DNA of 64,000 nucleotides from Eledone cirrhosa (taxonomy: Eukaryota): positions 92,752,001 to 92,816,000 of the forward strand of contig OZ024745.1 of NCBI GenBank assembly GCA_964016885.1, read 5' to 3'. The notes under the pieces are model-generated. The model had not been told where the DNA came from and ran no database searches. It was given only the letters and a program-made list of their open reading frames with translations. A program made the position numbers and the translations under genes. Positions 41,141-54,394 of this stretch are shown in pieces. Position 1 is the stretch's first letter, and every line of letters starts with the position of its first letter.

Positions 41141-42201
41141 ATAAATAGATATTTATCAATTATACACAAAACACATATGCTGGTAAAAAAAAAAAAATTA
41201 GATCCATTAATTCTACCTCTATGTTACCATACAAAAAGAGAGAAGTATATTTATCAGTTGAAAGTTTCTTAAATATTTCATACTTAAAAGAAATACAAGG
41301 AAACGATAGCCATTCATTTTTACACATCAATAGCTATACAAATGGATGATTGATTCTGTCTGCATATGGAAGTCTGGAAATTCTACATTATTACATTTCT
41401 AAGCATCATCAATGCAAGTGAAACTAGTTCTTAATTTCCCTAGTGTATACAATATGAATATGCTTTATTCAGAAGTGATAAACTCCTGAAGAGGTAAGTC
41501 TATAACCTTATTTCAATTCCCAATTGAATTATTTATGTTTTACATTATGTCCCATCATAACAATTCCGGTAATAGTCAACAAGAACTTGAAGTGGAATTA
41601 ATTGCCAAGCTGACTTATACTTGACACACTACTACATGATGGTAAAACAATTCAGTGTCTCTACACTCAATAACTTAAGGATGTTTTTGTTTTTTTTGTC
41701 TACATAATGTAGCACTAGTTTCTGACCTCTATATTCCTATAATACTTAAGTTCTCTAAGTGGATGTTGATATTACTTAAAGGGAATTTTAGGAGAAGGTA
41801 AACTCAACATGATATTAGGTTTATTATTATCTTTTAGAAATTTGTGGCAATATTATATCTTTTATAGTGCTGTGTTATCCACTCATTTCAGTAATGCTGC
41901 AATATAAAGAGTACACTGTAGGAAATGTAGAGATAAGAAGGTGATGGACCTCAGCCAACAAACGTAATAAGCTAGACTGGAATTAAACTAACATCATTAG
42001 TATTCTGTTCTAATGCTTTATTGTCTAATTGTAGAGATTCACAATATGAACTCAATTCTTAATTAGTAAGCAATCATAGTTTCTCTAAACCAACTGTAAC
42101 AATTATCAATTCAATTACGAAGGCAATTTTATAACATTACGATACAAAATTCTCTTAAATTTTCTCACTTTGTACACACACATGTATGTATATGTATGTG
42201 A

Positions 42202-42246
<45 letters not shown>

Positions 42247-43234
42247 GATATATATACATACACACATATATATATATGTACACACTTATATATATATATA
42301 TACACACATATATATATATATATACACTTGATGCCACAATAAAAGAACCCAGTCCACACTGTAAATGTGGTTGGCATTAGGAAGGGCATCCAGCAGTAGA
42401 AACCAACCCAGAAACGGTTCACAGGCAGCATCTTTCATTAGAAATAGGGCAACAAAACAGTTAAATGCAGTTAGGCATTATATGGTATTTCTAATTATTT
42501 TTTCAATGTATAAATAAGAAGACAATACACAGAAGAGACAGTAACCCTCTCAACCAACCAGCTACTTTAATAAATAAAAAAAATGATATTTTGTTAGATG
42601 TAGGAATCAGGACTGAGAGACAGTATTCATTTCTATTTCATAGCATTATGTGGATGATATATAAAATTGCTGCTAGAAGGAAGTCAGACATATGATGATG
42701 ATGAAATGGTAAACTATTGTAAGTAATATTTCAACATGATATAGTGCATATTCTCAACATTTAAATGAACTACATGTAGATGTAAGTGTACTTTTTAAAT
42801 ACTTCACAAAACACCTGCAAGCAATATGAAAGATCTTTGAGTTGATACTTCCAATACCATATGCATTCATTGAAGTTTCTTTTTACAATCACCTATAATA
42901 TGACTGTTCACCATAGGAACTGTGAATTGATGGAACCATGTACAATTCTACAGTGATGTCACTGCTTACCTTTATTGCTTTCATAATCCTCATGAAAAAT
43001 ATTGCCTATGATTTTCAAATTATTTATAAAATATTCAAGAATTTAGTAATGTTAATTTTCTTAAGACATTCAACAATGGAAAATAGATGTTAATGTTGAT
43101 GATGTGATGGTGATAAGCTGAGGTTTGGATCATAATTTAACAAAGACCTTATGCATCATATTAAACACTTTAAAATCAACAGATTTGTATTGAAGAACTA
43201 TGAGTGGTTTCAAGTGGTTTGGAATCAAAAGTGT

Positions 43235-43578
43235 TACCATACATACTCAAATATAAGCCAAACCACCCCACCATTTTATGTCTGAGAAATGAGCAAAAAT
43301 CCAAACCCCGTTTATAAGTTGAGGCAGCTAATCAACACACTACAATGTGTAAATATCACTCGTGACAATATAGTAAATGTAGAAAAACAGTGTTTCATTG
43401 TGAAATAATCACTCCAGATATTTTAGAACCTTATTTACATAGAATTTGAAGTTGGTGAAAATCATCAAAATAATAACCACGAATGTAAACCGACCCCAAA
43501 CTCCATTTTACCATTGATGTTTTTTTGGGGGGAGGGGGTGTCACATATCCCTTGGCTTATATTTGAGTATATATGTTA
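43235..43578. mobile_element. TcMar (Tc2/pogo-like) MITE
   Basis: TA-CCATACATACTCAAATATAAGCCAA ... TTGGCTTATATTTGAGTATATATGT-TA. Confidence 0.75.
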
Positions 43579-45978
43579 CATAGTCGACTAGGGGCTGGTC
43601 ATCCCTGCAGCATTTATTTACAAATAATTCAACTGTGTCTGTGAAAGTTAAGCCTCTTTGCTAGGAACCATAAGCTCCATAAGCAGGACATGAACCATTA
43701 TTGAGTTAATCAACACTTTAATGACTCAGCTATATACAACCATTATAGAAATGTTAACAAGGGACCTGTCAACTGGGTACTTCTAACAATGTGAATAATT
43801 ATAGTGTTTGGATGAACAAAGGACACAGTTTGTATCGAGGTGTTCTCTATCTTCACATCTATCAAATCATTACCTTGGCAACAAGCACTCAGAAAGCAGC
43901 CAAATATTCTTCAAATCACATCCTATCACCATAAAAAGGGAAAGACATACTGGATAATGAAATCCTGTATACTATGTTTAAAAAATAAATAAATGACAAG
44001 ATGATCATGACTGGAAAACCTTTGATCATAGGACTACTTAATCAGAATTGATATGGGGCTAAACAACACTAATACTAACTAGATAAATTAATAAGAAGTT
44101 AGGGGATTTACAGTTCTAACTTCAAATACGGCTATCATTCATTGAACTGGTTTGATCTCTTTCACACAAAATAAAGATTAAAGAGTAGAATATTAGTATA
44201 AGTACCAAGAATCAACATCATCATCATCATTATCATTATGTAGATTATAACTAGGTTTTTGAGTTTGTTGATTGAGTTAGCCAACATCTCTGACATATAC
44301 TGTTCATATTATGGTATAATAATTTCTTTTCTCTATGCTTTGAAGTTTAACTATAGTTAAAAGAAGCACAAGACTTAACAGAAGCAATGCCAAGATTGTG
44401 ACACAAGCAAATCAAAAAGTCAAGTCTTCAGTGATCCAACAATGCTAGTAATAAATTATCTCCAAAAATATAGATATAACAGACAAGAGAATACATGGTG
44501 TAGTAAATAACTAGGAATGATAATTGGAACAATTTAAGTATTTTACAAATGGAAGCTTAGTCTTCATGGGTTTGAGAAACTACCAGATTGATGACTGGCA
44601 CAAATAAGACCACTAAAACTGCCTCAGCATCCTTTGTGTGGGTTAACAAGGGGCATGTTTAGGCCTTTGGTAGAGGGGCCTGTTTGAAAAATATATTGCA
44701 GTCTCCATTTCATGCAACAAAAACTGGCGATGTACCTGTGGCCTGTCCTGGGAGGCATAGGATGGATGCACAAAGATTGTGTATCCCGAAACCCCAAAAA
44801 GGGTTCAGAAGGGAACAAACCATGACAAATTGAATTAGTGATACATATGCACACACACACCAACACACACACCATTAAAATTATATCAGATGACATTCTA
44901 CAAATGAAAACAGAATTAATAAAACTGTTCAATTTCTTTAACATTCTGCTGAGTGGTTCCCCAAAACTATTGGAATATAGAGGCAAGAGCCAATGAGGAA
45001 GTGAAGCCCATTCTCTTCCCATGCTAAACACAAAGGAGGGACTGAGGCCTATAAGCTAACAAAATACTCACCAATAATATATTGCTGCTTCTGCCAACAA
45101 CTAGAAGTTTTTATCCATTCAGCCACATACACTTTGTCTTAATACAAACTGACCAAAATTATGACTTCGAAACAACACTTTCTTCAATTTAATTTCATAT
45201 ACATGTTTATTTTGAGAAACAAAAACAGCTAAGTAGAAAAGTATTGACCTATTTGTTCATTATATCAGATGAAATCTGTTGAAAATATTTCATAATCTTT
45301 TAAAACACTCGACAGTACAGGTCTAAGAACATCCATCAAGAATAGCTATTAGATCTAGAAATATTCCCAATTATGTCTAACTGCAAAATGCATCAAAAGC
45401 CCAGTATATTTTTCCCTATAAATCCCAGTAAAAGTTTCACTGGAGATCATTTTCAACACAATGGTTAATTTGCCATATTTGCCATATATACAGTTTGTTA
45501 ATACTAATTCAGTGGCCCTTTACCCCGGAGTTTTCCCTATGTGCTACAGATTCCTCAGAGTTAAAAACTTGATGCATAGAGAGAGAGTCATTTTAATGTC
45601 AAATTGGGGAAATAAGCAGATGATTGACTGTATTCCAGTGAAGGGGAGGAAGAGAAAAAGGACAGAGACAGAGAGAGGGCTAAAAAGAGTCAAAGAAAAT
45701 CAGAGAGGGATGAAGAAAAGGGGAAAGATTAAAGATAGTAAGAGGGGGTGGGGCATTGGAAGAGGTCAATCTGACTGGTAAAGGGGGCATTGTTTTTCTA
45801 GCTGAATCCAGTAATATAGTCATGTTAAAGAACTCAGCCAGCAGACAAAAATTACCAGACTTTACATGATACACACACATATCTATCTATATATAGAGAG
45901 AGGCAGAGAGTAGCGTAGTTAAATAAAGCATTGTGAAATATTTAGTAAAACGAAAAAAACAAATTTTTCTAAAGCCAG

Positions 45979-46124
45979 TACAAAGGGCAAATGATGACAA
46001 ATGAAATAAAACAAAACAAAGTAATGTTCTACCCAGATAACAACCCTGAAATATCATGTTAAAATACACTGGGTAAAACATTACTTTTTGCTTTATTTAC
46101 ATTTGTCATCATTTGCCCTTTGTA
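45979..46124. repeat. Inverted repeat with ~57-bp arms
   Basis: tacaaagggcaaatgatgacaaatg..gtaatgttctacccag versus ctgggtaaaacattac..catttgtcatcatttgccctttgta. Confidence 0.85.
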
Positions 46125-47106
46125 TTTTTCTACAGCTTTTAAAAAAAAAGTTCATCAGCCTTTCATCATCGATTAACGTCTATCTTCCATGGTTGCATGA
46201 GTTAGACGGGTCCCATTTAGAGGTAAGCTGGGTTGGGTGACCATGTCTCCCTCATATAGGGGTGTTTCTGGCTGTTTTTTTTCTATGGCTGGATGCCCAT
46301 CCTAACACCAACCACATTGACAGTATGTGCTGGATGCTTTTTGCCGTGTCTTTTACACGTTTACTTGACAGTGTGATATATTGAAGACTTTATGTATGTG
46401 GGCTGTATGGGGGCTGTTTAGGCAGGTGCCAATAGGCATGTGGCAGTTGGTATGTGGATGTGGGTGAGGCTTGGGTATGAGGGAGAGTGTGTGTGTGTGT
46501 GTATATATGTGCATGAGGGTATGTGTGTCTACACATGTATGCGTACATATGTGTATGCATGCATGTGTGTGTGCCTGCGCGTGTGTATGTATGTGTGTGT
46601 GTGCCTGCGTGTGTGTATGTATGTGCGTGTGTGTGTATATGTGGGTACATACTCGGGAGTGTGAACAGACGTGTGAGATACCAAACCCAGCATGGCTCCA
46701 TTGAAGTGTGTCGGACGAAAAATGGCTGATGACCAGTGTAGCAGTAAATAGTGACCAGAACTTACAATGACGTAGAAAAACAACAGCCAATGGCATGACA
46801 AGAGTGGAAGATGTTTTTTGACGATAACACCCCAGTGAGAAAATTTGCTCCGAAAGAATTGCCTGTGTCCGAAGGAACCTGCAGCCGTAGAATCAGCCAG
46901 ATCCATACAGTGATCATGTCTCGAGCTACCTGCCGGCGAAACAATTGTAACACGCAATAAACTGAGTCCAGATGCATCACTGATTTTTCGTTTTTTTATA
47001 CTATTCACACTCTGCTCTGTATGAATATTGAGTGCTAATTTTGGCATACCGCCTATAGAAGCACCATAGCTACCATTATACACACGCATATATATATATA
47101 TATATA

Positions 47107-47220
47107 TATATAGTTACAATTTGCTTACAAACCAAAAATTTTAAAGTTCACAGCATTAAATGTAATGAGATGCCTTTAACTTTTTTAATTTTTGCTTTGT
47201 AAGCAAATTGTAACTATATA
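47107..47220. repeat. Inverted repeat next to (TA)n
   Basis: tatatagttacaatttgcttacaaa..caaaaatt versus aatttttgctttgtaagcaaattgtaactatata. Confidence 0.85.
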
Positions 47221-48861
47221 ATGGCTCTGCATGATCCTATCATTGCATTCAGCTAAAATACACCTAGTAAATGAGTGAAATTTAATCTCATTAATATTAC
47301 TATTTGTGTATACATATATACAGACAGTGTTAAAAGGACATAAGAATATATTTAGAATGTTATCTTAAGAGAAAAATAAAATTCATAAAACTATTAATCA
47401 CATAAACTGACAAATACACTATTTTAAAATAGATAATCAGACTGGTAAGAAATGAAACAATCAAAATAGCAACTTATATATAACAAACAACAAATCTACA
47501 AAACCTTTAAAATACAAAACCATTAAGATAAACAAACAAAATTTACATATGTTTCAAACAAAAAAAATTTACATATGTTTCAAACAAACAAACTTATAAA
47601 GTGCATAAATTTCATTAATAAACTATTCTTAGTTATGTGTTACGAAAACAAGTAAACAAGTTTATTATGAATAACAGTCCCTCAAACAAGAACATACAAA
47701 GAAGATCAATTGTCAATGATTTTCTGTCTTTACAGAAGTTTGAAATACTTGACAAGCACATCTAAACTAAACAGGCATAAACAGCTTTGTTTGAGTATCT
47801 GACAATGCACTTGCTGCAGGAAATAGCTGGCACTCATTCAGAAGATCACCAAATGGAACTAGTTAGGAAAATACCAAGAAGACAATACGATAATGCAAAA
47901 AAAAAAAAAAAAAAAAATTTAAAGAATAATAGACTAAACTTACTGACTCAACATAGTGTTCTTATTGATATTGAAATTTAAATGTGAACTATACACAATT
48001 GTCAGCTTCTTGAAAACACATGTATGGTGTATAAAATACAAACAAAATTAAAACTAGACTACATAATAAAATAAATCTTTTTTAATCAGCTAACAGTAGA
48101 AGTGCCCACTGTGCACAGTATTTATTATGTTCTACTTAGTAAGTGAAGCATTCATCATCACCATCACCACTACCACCATCACCATCATCATCAATGTCAT
48201 GACCACCACCACCACCATCGTCGGCGTTTTTATGCCTGGAAGTGAAGCACTCTTTTTTATATGACATTATTGGAAGACAAGTAAATAAATGATTTGAAGC
48301 TCATTTCTAACCAACAATGGTTCAATTTTTCCATCATCATCATCACTGTTTAACATCCATTTTTCCAAGCCAGCATGAGTTATTTCTACATATTTATATA
48401 GAACAAATCATCAAGTTTTAAACCTCTTTCATATCAGATAGTATAAGAATTGATTAGTTCTGTTTAACAAAATCAGGCTTTAATCAACAACTTGTCCGTT
48501 CTCAAACGATAGATTATATATCATCCATCCCAAAACACAGAAATCTTTGATAAATCACACAACCTGAATTACATAAAGTTTTGCTCCATTCTCTTTGATA
48601 TTCTACAAGTTAAGATAAAAGAAACACAGTTACTGGTAGGAATGAGGAAAATATACACAGGAAGTTAGTTTTACATATCTTCTCTATCCTTATAATCTTC
48701 ATCTCAAGTAATTATTGTTATTAAAAACAAAAAATGATTGTATATTATATACTTGCATATAAGCTGAGAAATATATGATTAAAAAAATTGATGGTAAAAT
48801 GGAGGATGCTTATATTTGAGGTCAATATTTTGCCAAATTTTCATCAAGAGGTGCTAAAATA

Positions 48862-48997
48862 TTTTCACTTTGGAAATGAATATTACACCGGTTTCACTTT
48901 GGAGGTGAATATTACACCGGTTCACTTTGAAGGTGAATATTACACCGGTTTCCCTTTGGGGGTGAATATTACACCGGTTTCATTTTGGGGGTGAATG
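48862..48997. repeat. ~30-bp tandem repeat (about 4.5 units) in a probable TcMar remnant
   Basis: tttcactttggaggtgaatattacaccgg units; upstream tatatacttgcatataagctgag resembles the 43235 TIR. Confidence 0.8.
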
Positions 48998-49190
48998 TAA
49001 TCAACAAGCTAAGCATACTCACAAAAAATGACTTCTGTTACAATCAATGGAAAAAATGTTAGAACCACTGTGAGACTTCCCAAGAGTCGTATTTTGAACA
49101 GGATAACTTTTAATTTCATATATGTTTAATATGCATTTAAATAAAACACTGGTACCCTTACATTCGGGACAAGTCTCATACATACATATG

Positions 49191-49222
<32 letters not shown>

Positions 49223-49903
49223 GTGAGGATGACACAAAAAGACAGGAGAGCAAACCACTAAAATGTAAGAGTTCAAAATAGAGTACATCATCATCACTGT
49301 TTAACGTCTATTTTTCCACGCTAGAATGGGTTAGACAAGTTGTCCTGTTGTGAGACAAGCCAGATCAGATGACCATGTCTTGCTCATACAGAACTGATTT
49401 TGGCTTGGTGTCTACAGCTGGACTCCCTTCCTAATGCCAACTACATTTACAGAGTGGACTGAATAAATGTAAAAAAAAAAAAAAATTGTGAAAAAGAATA
49501 CATGGTTAACAGGTTTTCTTTATGAAGTAACTGACCACTTTTCAGATACAGATTGTTGACTTTAAGAGAGTGGATGTGTCAGCAGATTATTTCTGTGACC
49601 AATATCAGTCTTTTCTTAATAGTGAAGCGGATAGATTAAATCCTATTAAGTACATATGGCTATGTAGTCAGGCAGTCTGATAAAAGTACATGAGAATGGC
49701 TGAAGAAATAACTGTCCAAAACCTAGCTAGTCATAATATCTTGTATAATACGAGGAGGAGGAAACTTAAGACCCAATATCCGGGAAAATTCTAATATATT
49801 TCAAGTTTAAATTAGTTCATCTTACTACCTTTTCAATTAGACATCACTATTATGGCAGTGCCCCAACATGGCCTCAGCCTATCGGCTGGAACATGTAATA
49901 GAG

Positions 49904-50190
49904 CAGGGGTGTGCAACATATTCAGTTGGTGGCCACTTTTGAATATTGGAACAACTATTAGGGCCAGTCACTGTCAAAAATTGTAATCTAATGAAAACCA
50001 CAACTTCTTTCCATAACATGGAACTGGGAAATTATAACACACATAATCCTATCAGTGAAGCCCTTTAGTATAGGTCAACTAACAGAAAATTGTATTAAGG
50101 TCACGAAAAAAAAAGACGGTCATCACGGGCCACTCTGACTGGTCTTGCGGGCCGGATTGTGGCCTTTGGGCCGCCTGTTGCACACCCCTG
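49904..50190. mobile_element. hAT MITE
   Basis: Perfect 15-bp TIR CAGGGGTGTGCAACA and perfect 8-bp TSD TAATAGAG (49896-49903 and 50191-50198). Confidence 0.93.
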
Positions 50191-50699
50191 TAATAGAGAG
50201 AAATACTAAGTGGAGTAGTTCTAACACATTTTCAAGTTAAAATTAGTTAACTTTAAGTAACATTTTACTCCTTTTTCAATTACATATCACTATTAGAGAG
50301 AAATATAAAACTTGAACACTCTCCAGCTGAATATTGAACATTTTCTACAGTGAAACCAGACGATTTTCATGGTTAGACTTTATTATTTTGTAGCAACAGA
50401 TGAAGCAATGAAAAATAAACATTCCCATAAAATGTAAATCAATAGTCCAGTTCCAAAGATAGATCAACCAACGTCTGGAGCCAATATCAATATCCAAAGA
50501 TAACCTCACTAAGTGTCTATTCCTAAAGATAATTTACCAATATCCAAAAATAATTTATCAATGTCCAGACCTCAATATCCAAAGGCAATCAGCTGGTGTC
50601 AAAAGCTCAAAAATAATCTGCCAATGAAATAATTGTATAATCAAATAAAAAACAATTTCTTCTAAAGATTAGAACATAGAAAGAAAAAAAAAGAAAAAA

Positions 50700-50902
50700 A
50701 TAATAATAATAATAATTGTTTCTACTTTAGGCACAAGGCCAGCAAATTACTCAGTGCATTACTGGTACTTTATTTTATCGACCTCGTAAGGATGAAAGGC
50801 AAAGTAAATCTTGGCAGGATTTGAACTCAGAATGGCAAGGGCCGTAACTATGCGTCAAAGCATGGCGTCCGACTCTCTACAGATACTGCCAATCCACCGC
50901 CC
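50700..50902 (-). mobile_element. SINE copy
   Basis: Same family as 4535-5316; other copies at 24742-24950 and 31295-31482. Confidence 0.88.
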
Positions 50903-50919
50903 TTAATAATAATAATAAT

Positions 50920-51415
50920 CAAGGGTAATGATGTTACCAACTATAGACCTATCACATATCTGTCCGTAATGTGGAAACTGTTAACAAGCATTGTGTTTGA
51001 GGAAATCTACCATCACCTCCACATAAACAACTGGTTACCGGACGAACAGAAAGGATGCCAAAAGAAGTCCCGTGGTACAAAAGACCAGTTACTTATTGAT
51101 AAGATGGTAATGAGGAATTGCAAGAGGAGACACATTGGTCTTGCCATGGGATGGATAGATTACAAAAAGGCATTCGACATGGTACCTCATTCTTGGATAA
51201 CCAAAAGCCTAGAGATCTTCAAGGTGGCAGATAACATCAGACAGTTGTTGAGCAAAATTATGAAATCCTGGGAAACAGGCATGCTTCAAAAGGCATGCTT
51301 GCTGGGAACAGCAAGAACCCTCCGATACGTCCTGAATATCTGAGGCTGCAGGTAGCAGCTTGATACTCATTTCAACAAACTTTCCAGTTAAATAACATCA
51401 ATGACTGAGACTCAA
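50920..51415 (+). mobile_element. Internally deleted R4/Dong-like non-LTR retrotransposon in (TAA)n
   Basis: [43 protein letters not shown] fused to the C-terminal [17 protein letters not shown]; (TAA)n on both sides. Confidence 0.8.
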
Positions 51416-51885
51416 ATAATAATAATAATAATAATAGTAGTAATAATAATAACAAAAAAAGTAACTTCCTTCACATCTCTTTCGTAATATTTGATTGATA
51501 AGTTTTTAATTGTAGAAGTCTGCAAAACTAGACATTTCTTTCAATGGACAATGAAAATATTTTGCAGATTGATACACTTACTAATGCCAATAACATTCAT
51601 GCTAGATAGTAATGTAGACAACAGACAAATATATGATCTGCTTTGCTAAATGACATTACAATAAATATGGAACAAAAGCAAAGTTTAAACTCTTATAAAT
51701 AGTCTGTTACCACAGCAGTGAAGTATTTTTAATTTCTCCAATAATGTTAAGAAATTATATTGGGATAAGCAATAGAAAAACTGAGCCTCAGCTTTATCTG
51801 GCATGTTTAATTTTCTGGGTTATCACCAACCATTCAACCAATACTGCCTTCGCAATGCTATGTGTGCATGTGTGTGTATATATAT

Positions 51886-52077
51886 ATAGGAAAAGAGTTA
51901 GGACCTCGACGGCTGAGCTCCTGCCGTTTCAACAGCTATTTCTGAAATAGCTGTTGAAACGGCCGGAGTTCAGCTCGGGGTCCTGGTTCTTTTCCTATTA
52001 CCCACTCTACTACCCATAATATCGAGTACTCTGATGCGTTATGGTCCACCTGGTTCCTTACCACACTTCCTTCATTA
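51886..52077 (+). mobile_element. Second copy of the palindromic hairpin-plus-tail element
   Basis: Palindrome 51886-51998 centred at 51943; tail tatcgagtactctgatgcgttatggtcc..ttaccacacttccttcatt shared with 39045-39112. Confidence 0.75.
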
Positions 52078-52083
52078 TATATA

Positions 52084-52887
52084 TCTGTATATATATAAAA
52101 TTAAGTATGTGTGTGTGTCTGTGTATTACCTATAGAGGCCTACATCTTACGACCGATTTTCATGAAACTTTACAGGCTCATAGATTAGTCATCGGGGAGT
52201 GTTTTCTATATATCAGCGTATCGTTTTTTTTTATTCCGGGATCATTCTGAAGATAAAAATCGATAGGGGGTCACCTTCTTTTAGGTCTCGAAAAATAAGT
52301 TTTTTGGCTCTAGCTCCCACATTTTGCCACCGATTTCGTTCAAACTTTAAAGCAAAATAGAATTTATCATTGCACATCCTGTAATGGCTTTATATTTTGC
52401 ATTTGTTGTTCAGGGACGGCGTGGCAGCCTCTTAAATATTAAAAAATATCACTTTTAGACTCAAATTTCCACTTTTTCGGCTCTAGCTCCCACATTAATC
52501 AACCTACTTTGTTCAAATTTTACACTACGCTAGATCTGATTATTTCACGTCTTAAAGTGGCTTTACATTTTGGATTTTTTGTTCAGGAACGGTGTGGCAG
52601 CCGCTTAAATATTTGAAAATACCACCTTTTCGCTCAAATTTCCACCTTTTCCGCTCTAGCTCCCACATTTTTCAACCGATTTCGTTCAAATTCGAAACTC
52701 CGTCCCCCAGCATGCCCCTTCGTCAGTCACCCGCATCCCTCAGTGATAGAGGTCATCACCACCCTCCCCCACATGGCCTGTGTGTGGCCATAGATGAGTC
52801 ATCGAAAAGCAGTCGCTAAGATCAACACCTTTTCATCAAAGCAGATATTATTTTACCTACCCAGGCAATGCTGGGTACTGCTGCTAG
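52084..52887 (+). mobile_element. Non-autonomous Helitron (second copy)
   Basis: TC...TACCCAG-gcaatg-CTGGGTA-ctgctg-CTAG; collinear with 32713-33447; three internal ctctagctcccacat subrepeats. Confidence 0.85.
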
Positions 52888-53545
52888 TATATATATATAT
52901 AGGCGCCACGGAAAAAAAGCACCCAGAACTCACTGTAAATGAGGGTGTTAGGAAGGGTGTAGAAATCAAGCCAGAATCAGTTCCCGTCCCACCCTTGCAA
53001 GCAGGGAAAAGTGGACGTAAAATTTTGATGATGTTGATATTTATACACACACATATTTGAAGTAAAAAACAACTTTCATTTGAAATGCAACATATATTGC
53101 AATCGAATTCAATTCAATCCATATCACAGAATGAAAAAGTATCTTATGAAGTCTTTCTAACAGACTCTTTGAATGAGTTAGCTGATGTAAACAGAACAGA
53201 CTAATAATGGAAGAAGAGAAAGTAATATGGTGGTGGCAGTCATGAGACACACACCAAACTAGAAATCAAGTGTTGGATCGTTGGGGGGGGGGGGGGGGGG
53301 CACCAGCCGAGACATCAAGATAGACTGCAATAAAAACAAGGGTCTTTCGAAGGGGTTTTATTTTTTTTTCCTTTTCCTACATATGATAATTGATAGGGTA
53401 AAAGCTCAACTATATCTGATTCATTAAATAATACTTTCACCTGGCATTGTAACTATTTGTGGTTGTTTTGTATATTCTACCTTGTATATTCTACCTTATA
53501 CATTCTACGCATTCCTCCTCCCCACAAGACTTTAAACTGTCAAAG

Positions 53546-53753
53546 CCTTTAGCATTTAAACTGACTGTATCCAGACAGAATTCTCTCACCTCTTTCTGTT
53601 CAAACTGGCCATAATCGGGTGCTCATACCAATATTAAGGTATTGTTCTCAAAATAAATAACATCAAAATCTCAGAGCTTTGATATTATGTAGATAAAACC
53701 TTTACCATGAAAATACAATAGCAAATATAGTAATGTAAATGCTAAAGGGTTAA
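53546..53753. mobile_element. piggyBac-like MITE
   Basis: CCTTTAGCATTT...AAATGCTAAAGGG-TTAA. Confidence 0.8.
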
Positions 53754-54049
53754 ACATGTCTCATTTTCTTAGAGAAATATGTTTACTTAAATTTGTTTGT
53801 TCAAATTTTTACTCTTCACCTTTGTCAGCTCACTTCCATAGCTTCTCAGCCTTTCACCTCACCTCTCTTGTTTAGCATTTTTTCTCCTCACCAAATCAGA
53901 TCCATCGACTTTAGTTGTATCCCTAATTTCCTCACTCCCAGATAAAGGGCCAGAATGACAAAACATTATATTGTACACTACTTACTCACAGCATATACAC
54001 TTCACCAATCTCCCCAACTTTTTAATAACTGATTTTTATTGATGTAGAC

Positions 54050-54394
54050 CAGAGGTTCTCAAACTTTGCCTCTCCCTCACATCCACATAATACCCCCAGC
54101 ACATCCACATAATACCCCCAGCACCCCCCCCCCCCTATTTCCAGATAGACCTGCCTACATGTAAATTGTAAATAAATAAAATCGTTAAGTTATATACAAT
54201 AAATAATATAATATATACTATGTATAAATAAGGATTATATATTTTTTTTATTTTACTATATTTATATATAATATGTATCATTTGATATTTAATATACTAT
54301 CATATCATCTCTACCACCCCCTTAGGCCCCAGTGCCCCCCTGGACCTTCTCAACGTCCTCTGGGGGGTGGTAGCGCCCACTTTAAGAACCTCTG
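54050..54394. mobile_element. hAT-Charlie-like MITE
   Basis: CAGAGGTTCTCAAA ... TTTAAGAACCTCTG; 8-bp TSD ATGTAGAC / ATATAGAC. Confidence 0.82.

Noticed and set aside
46529-47089. 186-aa minus-strand ORF
   Set aside because: No recognisable domain and it runs into a microsatellite; the block is better explained as a repeat-derived island
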